DNA of 64,000 nt from Spirochaetia bacterium. Its GTDB lineage: Bacteria; Spirochaetota; Spirochaetia; CADAEX01. The notes beneath the pieces were generated by a model. It was not told where the DNA came from. It saw only the letters and a list, made by a program, of their open reading frames with translations, and ran no database searches. Both the position numbers and the translations under genes were made by a program. Positions 19,985-29,276 of this stretch are shown here, in pieces. The first letter of the stretch is position 1, and the number at the start of each line of letters is the position of its first letter. The stretch is taken from positions 102,159 through 166,158 of the forward strand of contig JAFSOR010000009.1 of the NCBI GenBank assembly GCA_017446885.1, written 5' to 3'.

Positions 19985-21824
19985 ACCGCTGTTTGAGATT
20001 TATATATCTGCTTTTCTCATAGTGCTTCTGGCCGGTATTCCAACAGCCGAGATTCTTGTCCGCAAGCTGTTGGGGACAGGGCTTAAAGGGGGCTATGACT
20101 ACACGCGTCATATCGTCCTATGGCTCACACTGCTGGGAGCTTCGGTAAACTCTTTCACAGACCGTCATATGAAGATAGAATTCTGCACCAAGTTCCTTTC
20201 GGAAAAAGGTAAAAAGTTTGCAGATTCTTTATCGCTTTTCGTAGTAGTCCTGGTTTCTGGGGCATTCTTTATAGTTTCTGCTGTATTCTTAAAGATGGGC
20301 TTTACCGCTGATGATAAGGTTGGAATTATAAGCCAGCGCCTTGTCACTGTAATAATGCCTGCAGGCTTCCTCCTTATCATAATAAGGGAAATTCAGCGGA
20401 AAGCTTTCTCTAAAGGGCGTATTATAGCCTTGTTCTTGGGTGTTGCAGCAGCCCTGTGGGTGTCGGTTTCTCCGCTTGTAAACTGCATATCTGATATAGC
20501 ATCTGATGTGCCGGAATGGTGCTGGGTTCTTTCCGATTCCTCGGTTGCCTCTATAGGAGCCATCAAGATTCCACTTCTTTTTCTGCTTATAGCTTCTGGC
20601 GTGCTGGGCGCTCCTATCTTTGCTGTGCTGGGCGGGATAGCCTATATGCTTATATCTGCCTCTGGCACTTATGCCGAGATTTCGGCCAACGAATTTTACA
20701 CTATGCTCATAGGCAATACTGTGCCGGCCATTCCACTCTTTACCCTTACAGGCTTTATACTGTCAGAAAGCAAGGCAGGGGACAGGCTTATACGGACGTT
20801 CAATGCCTTCTTCGGCTGGCTGCCTGCAGGAATAATCATAGCCACAGTCATAATCTGTGCTTTTTTCACCGTATTCACCGGAGCATCGGGGGTAACTATA
20901 CTGGCAATAGGGGGGCTTCTTTCTGCCATCCTGGAAAAGAACGGCATAGAGGAACGCTACCGGAACGGGCTTTTATGCTCTGCAGGCAGCATAGGGCTTC
21001 TGTTTCCCCCAAGCCTCCCCATGATTCTTTACGGCATAATCGCCCAGCTTGATATCAAGGCCATGTTCCTTGGTGGCATTATTCCTGGGCTTCTTCTGGT
21101 GCTTTCGCTTATCATAACAGGCGTCATCTATATATCTAAGCATCCTGTTAAAAGGAGCAGGACCTCGGTCTCGGAGTGTGTCTCAAGCTTTAAAGGCTCT
21201 TTCTGGGAGATTATGCTGCCGTTCATAATCATATTCTCCTATTTCTCGGGACTTACAACATTGGTCGAGACCGGTGCTGTGGCAGTACTGTACACTATGC
21301 TGGTGGAGTTTGTCATAAAGCGCGAGCTCCATTTCAAGGATATGTTCACCATAGCCCGCAAGAGTGTTCCTATTATTGCAGGAATCCTTATTATACTGGG
21401 CATGGCCAAGGTTCTTTCGTACTATATGATAGACGAGATGATTCCACAGCGTTTTGCAGACTGGATTGCCCTCCATATCCATTCCAAGATACTGTTCCTG
21501 TTCCTTCTTAATATTGCGCTGCTTCTGGTAGGCTGTTTCATGGATATCTATTCTGCAATAATGGTGGTGGTGCCTCTTATTATCCCGCTTGGAGAGATTT
21601 TTGGCATAAATCCTATCCACCTGGGAATAATATTTCTGGCAAACCTTGAGCTGGGCTATATAACACCACCTGTAGGACTTAACCTGTTCCTGGCAAGCTA
21701 CCGGTTCAATGTGCCGCTTGACAAAATGTACAGGGCAGCCTTCCCGTTCTTCCTTATAATGCTTCTTACAGTCTTTATAATAACCTACGTGCCTGGCTTT
21801 ACAGTCTGCTTAGGAACTCGGTGA
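19965..21824 (+). CDS. TRAP transporter fused permease DctQ-DctM
   Basis: 619 aa; 4 TM small (DctQ) part followed by 12 TM DctM part. Confidence 0.8.
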   Translation: MSTERNKPLFEIYISAFLIVLLAGIPTAEILVRKLLGTGLKGGYDYTRHIVLWLTLLGASVNSFTDRHMKIEFCTKFLSEKGKKFADSLSLFVVVLVSGAFFIVSAVFLKMGFTADDKVGIISQRLVTVIMPAGFLLIIIREIQRKAFSKGRIIALFLGVAAALWVSVSPLVNCISDIASDVPEWCWVLSDSSVASIGAIKIPLLFLLIASGVLGAPIFAVLGGIAYMLISASGTYAEISANEFYTMLIGNTVPAIPLFTLTGFILSESKAGDRLIRTFNAFFGWLPAGIIIATVIICAFFTVFTGASGVTILAIGGLLSAILEKNGIEERYRNGLLCSAGSIGLLFPPSLPMILYGIIAQLDIKAMFLGGIIPGLLLVLSLIITGVIYISKHPVKRSRTSVSECVSSFKGSFWEIMLPFIIIFSYFSGLTTLVETGAVAVLYTMLVEFVIKRELHFKDMFTIARKSVPIIAGILIILGMAKVLSYYMIDEMIPQRFADWIALHIHSKILFLFLLNIALLLVGCFMDIYSAIMVVVPLIIPLGEIFGINPIHLGIIFLANLELGYITPPVGLNLFLASYRFNVPLDKMYRAAFPFFLIMLLTVFIITYVPGFTVCLGTR

Positions 21825-22653
21825 ACATATTGGTCAGCGCTTTCTGAACATAGGGTGAGAAAAACGTATATTTCTCGGTGAACAGCTGTACAAACTTCTC
21901 TGTCCAGCCCTCGATAATTTTTTCTGGAATAGGGAGTTTCTGCTCGGCAAGGCCGCTTTCTATCTCGGTCTCGCGGATAATTTCTTCGCCCCAGTTGCCG
22001 ATAGCGAATTTGCATATTGATATGCTGCTCTTGAATGTAGAGGCTGTTCCTACAAACGTTATTGAAGTCCCCTTGTCCTGAATCTCGTTGAAGTAGTCCA
22101 CATCATATTCCTCGTACGGAATCCTTATCTTTAAGATCATCTCTCCAGGCTTTATATCAAGGTAACCATCCCTGTATAACTGCTGGACCGGTATAAGGAA
22201 CTTCAGGTTGGCGGTGGTGAATGAGACAACCTCTGCCTTGGCATTGAGTATGGAAAGTGCCGCAAAAACGCTGTTTCTGATTTTTGGGGCGCAGATAAGC
22301 CCTCCTATGGTCAATATGTTACGAACATTCGGAGGACCGCATTCGGTCAGGGCCCGGATCAGGATAGGGGGAAGCACTGTGGCACCTTTCTTAAGCAGCT
22401 CGTTTACCCTCAGCTCGGGACCTATCTCAAAGAACTTCTCACTCCGTTTAAGGGCCGAAAGCTCTTGGATATAACCTGGATAGATAGCTTTTGTAGGCGT
22501 GGTGGCATTTTCTCTTTTGTCCAGAATATCTACGCTGTTAAGGTCATCAAAGCATAGCCTGTAGGACTTGCATGTGTTCATAGTCTTTAATAGGCCGTTA
22601 ACATTGTCTGGGGTATAGTATATGAGCTTTGTGGTTCTGTCACTTCCGTTCAT
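21799..22653 (-). CDS. molybdenum-hydroxylase family FAD-binding subunit (CoxM/XdhB-like), divergent
   Basis: 284 aa; FAD-binding PCMH-type fold pattern; last gene of an overlapping three-gene operon. Confidence 0.6.
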   Translation of the reverse strand: MNGSDRTTKLIYYTPDNVNGLLKTMNTCKSYRLCFDDLNSVDILDKRENATTPTKAIYPGYIQELSALKRSEKFFEIGPELRVNELLKKGATVLPPILIRALTECGPPNVRNILTIGGLICAPKIRNSVFAALSILNAKAEVVSFTTANLKFLIPVQQLYRDGYLDIKPGEMILKIRIPYEEYDVDYFNEIQDKGTSITFVGTASTFKSSISICKFAIGNWGEEIIRETEIESGLAEQKLPIPEKIIEGWTEKFVQLFTEKYTFFSPYVQKALTNMFTEFLSRL

Positions 22654-23125
22654 TGCGTTTACCTCGCTTTATGGCGTTAAGGGCCAGCCTGACACCGATA
22701 CACATGGACTGGAAATCGGTACAGTTGCAGATATTTCCAGAAAGAGCTTCGTATACATCTTTTTCTGTAAGCTGTGCCGAGCTTAATACCAGCGAATATA
22801 TGGAGACCATTTTGCCATGCTTGCAGAAATCGCAGAAGTTGCAGCCCATGGCTTTCAGAACCTTGGTAATAGTCTCAAATTCCTTTGTTGTGGAAATGTA
22901 TTCGTAGGTGAGTATGTTGGAGTTACGTACCGAGAACATGCGCACCATGCATGCAGGCACCGGAATGTTGTCTTTAAGCACGGTGCAGCCTCCGCAGCGG
23001 CCTGTGTTGCAGCTGCTGTTCACCGACAGCAGGCCGAAATCGTTCCGGAGCACATCCGAAAGCCTGTCAGAAGGATCTGCATCCAGGTTCTTTTTCATAT
23101 TGTTCAGCATGAATTTTATTATCAT
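22640..23125 (-). CDS. [2Fe-2S]-binding small subunit of a molybdenum hydroxylase (CoxS-like), divergent
   Basis: 161 aa; ferredoxin-type CxxGxCGxC (CNTGRCGGC) and second cluster CNFCDFC...CNCTDF. Confidence 0.6.
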   Translation of the reverse strand: MIIKFMLNNMKKNLDADPSDRLSDVLRNDFGLLSVNSSCNTGRCGGCTVLKDNIPVPACMVRMFSVRNSNILTYEYISTTKEFETITKVLKAMGCNFCDFCKHGKMVSIYSLVLSSAQLTEKDVYEALSGNICNCTDFQSMCIGVRLALNAIKRGKRNERK

Positions 23126-25113
23126 TGTTCCTCCACCATACGGTAAAGTTTCTCGGGAGTAACAGGCATATCGGTTATAACTTTACCTACAGCCTGGCTT
23201 ATGGCGTTGCAGTAGGCTGCAGGAATAATTCCAAATGGTATGTCGCCGCAGTAGTTGACAGTATCGGCACCCTTGCTGTTTATAAGGCTTATGCTTATAG
23301 GCAGGTTTGCATATTTCCAGGATGACAATTCATCCTCGCCCTGGCTGTTGCACCAGTAAAGGCTGTTTATGATACGCTGCATCAGGTAGCGTTTTGAGAT
23401 ATCCTCGTCAATGGTGTCGCCCACATCAAAGCAGGTCCAGATTCCCTTTATCGACGGCTTGTAGGTGATTATATCAACCGAAACCTCGACTATGGCAGCA
23501 CCCCATACAGCAGCATTGATGTCGTCGGTAGGGTCGTAGCTTTCTTCTACTTTTATAGGGAGCGGAGTGCTTATTCTAAGTTCCTGCAGCTTACGGCAGC
23601 ATTTCTGGACCAGCTGTATAGGTCCCTTGGTCATCTCGCCCAATATATCGGGAATAGAATCCTCGTTCGATGCTGTGTCGTGTGGCATAATGTGAATGCT
23701 GGCCTCTTCAAGCTCTGTTGCCTTATGGATAACCTTTTTCCAAAGAGTGTACTCAAAGAAGTTCTGAGGCACAGTTGCTGTGGAGTAGTGGATCTGCCAG
23801 TTGTCGTTCAGTGTAAGAGTGCCTGTGAAAGGGGTGGCAATCTTTTTGGAAAAGCCGCTTGTAGCCTTGTATGTTGCAAAGGCAAGACCTATGCCGCGGT
23901 AGTAGCGGTCTGAGCTTATGCCCTTTATACGGTTCTGCTTTGCCAGGTCATATGCCGAGAACTTCCGCTGAAAGTCAGAGTTCCGGGTAACTTTTTCTAT
24001 AACTATGTTTCCTGCCTTGGCCGAAGTTTCAACCGTATTCTCAAGACGCCATTCGTCGGGGAACTGCTCGGTCTGGGAGATGATATTGTTGATATGGGTC
24101 TCTATGCCCACCAGCATCTGGGTGAATTTGTTTCCTGTAATAAAGAACATAGGTGGATAGCTGGTCTTGATAAGCTGCTCGCGTATAATGACCTTGTTCA
24201 CCTTATAGGGACCCATTATGCTTATAAGGGCATTCTCCATTACTTCGTCGGCAAACAGAGGATAAGCCCCTGCGTTTATAGACAGGTCCACGGTGCACTG
24301 GAGAATAGCACCAGTATTCTTGTCCACCATAGATGTATGCTTTATCTTGAACGGATATTGGGCTCCGATATACTGCTGTACCTCTTCTTTGGTCAGTATA
24401 AGGTTGACCGATTCCCCAGGCCGCAGGGCCATGACCGAGGCGGCCAGAGCTGCCAGATAGGATGGGAACCAGAGTCGCCCCTCAAGCGGGGATGCAATCT
24501 GCGGCACATTCACCTTTACATCTTCTTCCGGCATATTGAGTATACTGCTTACTGTGGAGCGGACATGATGCGGCCACTGGGTGGATGTGCATACCGATAC
24601 AGACCCTGCACCTGAGTAGATAGCAACTCCTATGGGGTCGTTGTATACCGGCTTATACAGGTCGCCCGATGTGGTGGTCGCCACTGTAAGCACCTGTTCA
24701 GGGTCTATCGGTTTGTCATCGTAGGTCCAGGTCTCGTTCCGTTCCTTTATCACCTGGTTCTCTTTAAGGTCGTTGTCAAAGAAAAACGGAGTGCTGGGCT
24801 GGTATTCGACCTGTATCAGCTTAGATACAGCCTCTGCATCGCTTCTGCTCTTGGCTGCAATTATAAAAATAGGCTCGCCCTGGTAGTTGACATATCTGTC
24901 GCACAGAAGAGGAATCTTGCTTCCAAGTATATCAAATTCTTTCTGGGGCAGGTCCTGGTACGATATTACGCTGCATCCTGCAGGCAATTCCTCCGGTATC
25001 TTTACATTCTTTATTTCGCCGCAGAATATGGGGGAGCGGTACAGCAGAAGGAAGAGAGAGTTCCTAAGGTTTAAATCTCTATCTTTAAGGTCATCCCACA
25101 TTGTCCACTCCAT
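23122..25113 (-). CDS. xanthine-dehydrogenase-family molybdopterin-binding large subunit (divergent, 663 aa)
   Basis: a/b-hammerhead-like N-terminus; size and operon context with 2Fe-2S and FAD subunits. Confidence 0.55.
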   Translation of the reverse strand: MEWTMWDDLKDRDLNLRNSLFLLLYRSPIFCGEIKNVKIPEELPAGCSVISYQDLPQKEFDILGSKIPLLCDRYVNYQGEPIFIIAAKSRSDAEAVSKLIQVEYQPSTPFFFDNDLKENQVIKERNETWTYDDKPIDPEQVLTVATTTSGDLYKPVYNDPIGVAIYSGAGSVSVCTSTQWPHHVRSTVSSILNMPEEDVKVNVPQIASPLEGRLWFPSYLAALAASVMALRPGESVNLILTKEEVQQYIGAQYPFKIKHTSMVDKNTGAILQCTVDLSINAGAYPLFADEVMENALISIMGPYKVNKVIIREQLIKTSYPPMFFITGNKFTQMLVGIETHINNIISQTEQFPDEWRLENTVETSAKAGNIVIEKVTRNSDFQRKFSAYDLAKQNRIKGISSDRYYRGIGLAFATYKATSGFSKKIATPFTGTLTLNDNWQIHYSTATVPQNFFEYTLWKKVIHKATELEEASIHIMPHDTASNEDSIPDILGEMTKGPIQLVQKCCRKLQELRISTPLPIKVEESYDPTDDINAAVWGAAIVEVSVDIITYKPSIKGIWTCFDVGDTIDEDISKRYLMQRIINSLYWCNSQGEDELSSWKYANLPISISLINSKGADTVNYCGDIPFGIIPAAYCNAISQAVGKVITDMPVTPEKLYRMVEEQ

Positions 25114-25624
25114 TTGCCTCTTCTAAAAGCTCAAATCCAAAATCTATAAGATATGCGTTGTTATAAAGCGAAAGCCGTACTTTTGCCCGCCTTTTCCGCC
25201 TGTCCACCTTGACTATCTGTCCTTCAAGCCCTTTCATAGGACCTTCTACAACCACTATCCTGTCCTGTTCATTGTATACGACCTTGGACTGTCCTATGAC
25301 ACGGCCATACTTGGCCAGTTCATATATTTTCTTTGCCTCGTCCAGCGGAAGGGGAGAAATTTTCTCATCTGCCTTAAGGAAACGGTTGAAGAAATGGATA
25401 CGCCTGAACTCCTGATAGGTGGCAGCATCGACATCATCGGCCTCCAGAAACAGGTAGCCAGGGAAAATCGACTTAAGCCCTTTGTGGGTATGGCCGTTTT
25501 TCCGTATCATAAGTTCTTTCCGCAGCCAGAATAACTTTAGGGGCAGGTGTCCTTTCTTGCTCTCCCAAAGTTTTATATATGTATCTTCTTTTCCAGTATT
25601 AACCTGAATAACGTATAAATTCAT
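25091..25624 (-). CDS. NusG paralog (NGN + KOW), UpxY/LoaP-like specialised antiterminator
   Basis: 177 aa; NGN domain then KOW motif GQIVKVDRRKRRAKVRL; overlaps the start of the downstream Mo-hydroxylase gene. Confidence 0.7.
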   Translation of the reverse strand: MNLYVIQVNTGKEDTYIKLWESKKGHLPLKLFWLRKELMIRKNGHTHKGLKSIFPGYLFLEADDVDAATYQEFRRIHFFNRFLKADEKISPLPLDEAKKIYELAKYGRVIGQSKVVYNEQDRIVVVEGPMKGLEGQIVKVDRRKRRAKVRLSLYNNAYLIDFGFELLEEANGVDNVG

Positions 25625-25727
25625 TATTTATATATTAATCTTTATATGGCTGATTTTCAATAGAAAAAATTTTTAAGAATTTTTCAGAAATTTGAAGCAA
25701 AATTGATTTTTTTCTTGTAGATACAGT

Positions 25728-27005
25728 ATGAAAAGTACAAGTATCTTAATTTTTTTGCTTTTTATTCCCCTCTTGTGCCAGGCCGATCTGGACATGGAGA
25801 TAAAGTCGGAATGTTCCTCTGAAAAGCTGATTAAAAGGCGCTTGGATATTAAAGGGGAGTCTATGGAGGTATGTGCAGTCTCTGAAAAAGGGGAGGATGA
25901 TGAATTCTGCACAGGCTCTGTTGTTACTCCTTGGTTCGGTTTCGGACACCTTAGGACCCGTGGACTTTTGACCGAATCTTTAAACCCGTGCGGTTATTCC
26001 CCGACATCCGAGGTGTTTTTCGAGCCAGCCCGCCTGGTTCTTGACCGGAGTATAGAGGAAAGTGGCACCTATGGCCTTTTTGTCAAACCTATAGATTGGC
26101 TTACATGTTTTTCATTGGGGAATAAAGATGAGCAGTATATCCGCGGTTTTCTCTCAAGTTTTGCAATCAATGATTTCTCGATCTATCTGCTTCTTGAGAA
26201 CAGCGATATACAGGGCTATTCCAGCCAATCAAGCTGGTATTTGTCAAGGCCCGAGGCCGAAAGCGGGGCAGAACTGTGGAATATGCTGTTAAACTGCATT
26301 TACGAGAAAGATTGGTTACTTATATCGCTGTCGGCAGGTTCCTGCTTGGGAAAGTATGCGGATAGGGGCTTTTTCTCAAGGGATTATGTAACATTTTTCT
26401 ACAAGAGCCTGTTCGAGCTTAACTTTATGTTTGCAGGGACCACAGACTATTATCTGGCTCCCGGAGGCTCAATCCCGGCATCCCAGTATAAGTATGGGCT
26501 TGATGTCTGGTTCAGGCCATCTCGTATGCTTAAGCTTTCTGGGGTATGGTACACCGACTATAAGAGACCCGACTATAAAGACTTATACTACAACGACTTT
26601 GCCCGGCATCTTTCCCTTAAATCAACCCTATATGCCGGCGATTTTACCATTGCAGCCTCCTATGATTCCGACACCGAGTTCTATAACACTTCAGAGACTA
26701 CCGAAAAAAGGGAGTTTCAGGGCAGTATAGTCTACGATGCCGATTTTATAAGGCTTTCGATTGCAGACCATTGGTATATGAAGGATGACCGCTATTACCG
26801 CAATGCTTTTAGTGCAGGCTGCAAGCTCTATTTCGAGTATGTGCGGTTAAGCTTTTCCTGGAAGCGTGATATCCAGGAAGATATCACAGATTCTTTTTCC
26901 GAGGAGCTTGCTTTAAGGCTTAACTATTTTTCCCTTACACTCAGCCATAAGAAAAACGGAGACAAACCTTCGGTATTTACTGTGACAGGGATAATCAACT
27001 ATTGA
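25728..27005 (+). CDS. Tyr-rich exported protein, possible outer-membrane beta-barrel
   Basis: signal peptide; alternating aromatic/polar pattern; C-terminal ...GIINY. Confidence 0.4.
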   Translation: MKSTSILIFLLFIPLLCQADLDMEIKSECSSEKLIKRRLDIKGESMEVCAVSEKGEDDEFCTGSVVTPWFGFGHLRTRGLLTESLNPCGYSPTSEVFFEPARLVLDRSIEESGTYGLFVKPIDWLTCFSLGNKDEQYIRGFLSSFAINDFSIYLLLENSDIQGYSSQSSWYLSRPEAESGAELWNMLLNCIYEKDWLLISLSAGSCLGKYADRGFFSRDYVTFFYKSLFELNFMFAGTTDYYLAPGGSIPASQYKYGLDVWFRPSRMLKLSGVWYTDYKRPDYKDLYYNDFARHLSLKSTLYAGDFTIAASYDSDTEFYNTSETTEKREFQGSIVYDADFIRLSIADHWYMKDDRYYRNAFSAGCKLYFEYVRLSFSWKRDIQEDITDSFSEELALRLNYFSLTLSHKKNGDKPSVFTVTGIINY

Positions 27006-27015
27006 ATTTTTAGCC

Positions 27016-28626
27016 TTGGAGTTTTATTATGAAAATATGAACACATTCAAAGGCAGAAGTTTTACCGTAATAGATGATTTCTCGTTTGACGAGAAAATGT
27101 ATCTGTTTGAGAGGGCAAGAGAGCTTAAAAGCTATATAAAATCGAATGACAAGGCAGGGATGGACAAGTTCCGTATAAACGACCCCGACTTCGGTGTCTA
27201 CGAGGTCTTTATCGAGGACAGCACCCGTACCAAGGAGTCTTTCAAGAATGCGGCAGAGTTCCATAGAGTCAAGCTGTCAAACCTTGATACTTCCCATTCT
27301 TCTATAAATAAGCAGGAGAGCTTTGCCGACACATTCAACACACTCTCTGGCTACTACAACAAGATTTTTATAGTGCGGAGCCGTCAGGAAGGACTTTGCC
27401 GATATCTGGCAGAAAATGCCAAAGGTTATGCACTGCGTAACGGGCTTGATATCACACCTGCATTTATAAACGCCGGCGACGGCAAACACGAGCATCCAAC
27501 CCAGGAGCTTCTGGACGATTTTACATTCCTTGAGCATAACGGCTGGAATACCGAAAGCATCCATATTGCATTGGCCGGCGACCTGTACCATGGCCGCACA
27601 GTCCATTCCAAGGCCGATGGCTTAAAGATATTCAAAAAAGTTACAGTTGACCTTATAGCACCGCCCGAGCTTGCCATGCCGGAATTCTATGTAAATAAAA
27701 TGATTGCAAATGGTTTTAAGGTCAATTTTTATTCTTCCATCGAGGAATATATAAATTCGGGCAAAATGGCCAAGATATGGTATTTTACCAGGCCTCAGCT
27801 TGAGCGGATGGGCGATGCTATACTTAAGAAACAGGATCAGCTGCGGGAAAGCATAACATTCCAGCGCCAGTACATGGAAAGGCTTCCAGAAGGAACTATA
27901 TTCTATCATCCTCTTCCACGGCATAAAGTTTATCCGTCAATCCCTACATTCCTAGATTCCACACCGCTCAACGGCTGGGAAGTCCAGTCTGCCAACGGCA
28001 TGATTATCAGAATTATCCTCCTGGCCCTCATAGCAGGTAAGATAGGCGAAGACTTCAAGGGAACGGTCAAAGTGCCACAGAGCTTCGAAGATTCCGAGGA
28101 TTTCATAGTGCCGGTGCCAACCCATGGCAATGCACCTATCAAGGATTGCTCCGAAGGGGTAAAGCCTATTTCCGACGGCCTGGTCATTGACCACATTCTG
28201 CGTGGCCATACCGAGACTGAGATAAGGGAGCAGCTTATAAGGATAATCAGAACCCTTAAGCTCTATGGAAAGGGGGGCGAATGGGTAACAGCTTCCCATA
28301 AGAATCCAGGTCAGATGAAAGGTATCATCTTCCGCCCGGGACACGGAGAGTTCGGAATAAAGAGCATGAAACGCCTGGCCGCCCTGGCACCTGGCTGCAC
28401 TGTCAACATAATAAAGGATAAGCATGTGATAAAGAAAATGCGCCTTTATATGCCTCCGGCCATCTACAACTTCGACGATATAGAGTGTTCCAACCCCGAC
28501 TGCATCTCGAACCACGAGCAGGGCGAGGGTATTCCTGCCGAATTCTACAGGACTTCCGAAGATAAGTTCATCTGCAAGTACTGCGAGAAAATTCATACAT
28601 TCATGGATATCTGGAAATGGAACTGA
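27016..28626 (+). CDS. pyrB: aspartate carbamoyltransferase, fused catalytic (PyrB) and regulatory (PyrI) domains
   Basis: N-terminal carbamoyltransferase fold, then a PyrI-like domain with a C-terminal Zn motif CSNPDC...CKYC; start may instead be the ATG at 27037. Confidence 0.8.
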   Translation: MEFYYENMNTFKGRSFTVIDDFSFDEKMYLFERARELKSYIKSNDKAGMDKFRINDPDFGVYEVFIEDSTRTKESFKNAAEFHRVKLSNLDTSHSSINKQESFADTFNTLSGYYNKIFIVRSRQEGLCRYLAENAKGYALRNGLDITPAFINAGDGKHEHPTQELLDDFTFLEHNGWNTESIHIALAGDLYHGRTVHSKADGLKIFKKVTVDLIAPPELAMPEFYVNKMIANGFKVNFYSSIEEYINSGKMAKIWYFTRPQLERMGDAILKKQDQLRESITFQRQYMERLPEGTIFYHPLPRHKVYPSIPTFLDSTPLNGWEVQSANGMIIRIILLALIAGKIGEDFKGTVKVPQSFEDSEDFIVPVPTHGNAPIKDCSEGVKPISDGLVIDHILRGHTETEIREQLIRIIRTLKLYGKGGEWVTASHKNPGQMKGIIFRPGHGEFGIKSMKRLAALAPGCTVNIIKDKHVIKKMRLYMPPAIYNFDDIECSNPDCISNHEQGEGIPAEFYRTSEDKFICKYCEKIHTFMDIWKWN

Positions 28627-29276
28627 AAGGCGTTATCTTTGATATGGACGGCGTTATCGTAAACAGCGAGGCGCTCCATGTGGCTTTTGAATGCGATATT
28701 CTTAAAAGCCTTGGAATAGATTTCCCCAAGGAAGGTTTTCCTGAATATGCCGGGCTTGCAATGGACAAGTTCTGGAGCTCGCTCAAGGAAAGGTATAATC
28801 TGAATCAGCCGGTAGAGGAGCTTTTAGCCTACGATACAGCAATGAGGGCCAAAGCCTTTAAGCAGCAGGAACATTTTGACACCCCTGCCGGAGTTTTAAA
28901 CCTTATAAAGAGCCTTAAAAGGGCCGGAATACCTCTGGCGCTGGCCAGCTCTTCGCACACTATGGTGATTGATGCAATAATTGACAAACTGCGTTTCCGC
29001 CGGTACTTTGATGTTATTGTAAGCGGTTTTGAGCTTGAGAACGGAAAGCCGGCCCCAGATATCTTCCTTTATGCGGCAGACCTTCTGGGCACACCCCATG
29101 CCGACACATTGGTCATAGAAGATACTGCCAATGGGGTTATGGCCGCAAAGAGTGCAGGGATGAAGTGCCTTGGGTACCAGAATCCTGAAAATCCCACCAG
29201 GCAGGACCTTTCCATGGCCGACATGGTTACCGGAAACTTTGAGTCTGTTACTGTGGAAATGCTTCAGCGGGTCTGA
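28617..29276 (+). CDS. HAD-superfamily hydrolase (beta-phosphoglucomutase-like)
   Basis: motif I GVIFDMDGVIVNSE; motif IV EDTANGV. Confidence 0.8.
   Translation: MELKGVIFDMDGVIVNSEALHVAFECDILKSLGIDFPKEGFPEYAGLAMDKFWSSLKERYNLNQPVEELLAYDTAMRAKAFKQQEHFDTPAGVLNLIKSLKRAGIPLALASSSHTMVIDAIIDKLRFRRYFDVIVSGFELENGKPAPDIFLYAADLLGTPHADTLVIEDTANGVMAAKSAGMKCLGYQNPENPTRQDLSMADMVTGNFESVTVEMLQRV

Noticed and set aside
20516-21052. 178-aa Arg/Cys/His-rich ORF and others inside the TRAP DctQM gene
   Set aside because: Alternative-frame artefacts; the DctQM frame is continuous and membrane-protein-like.
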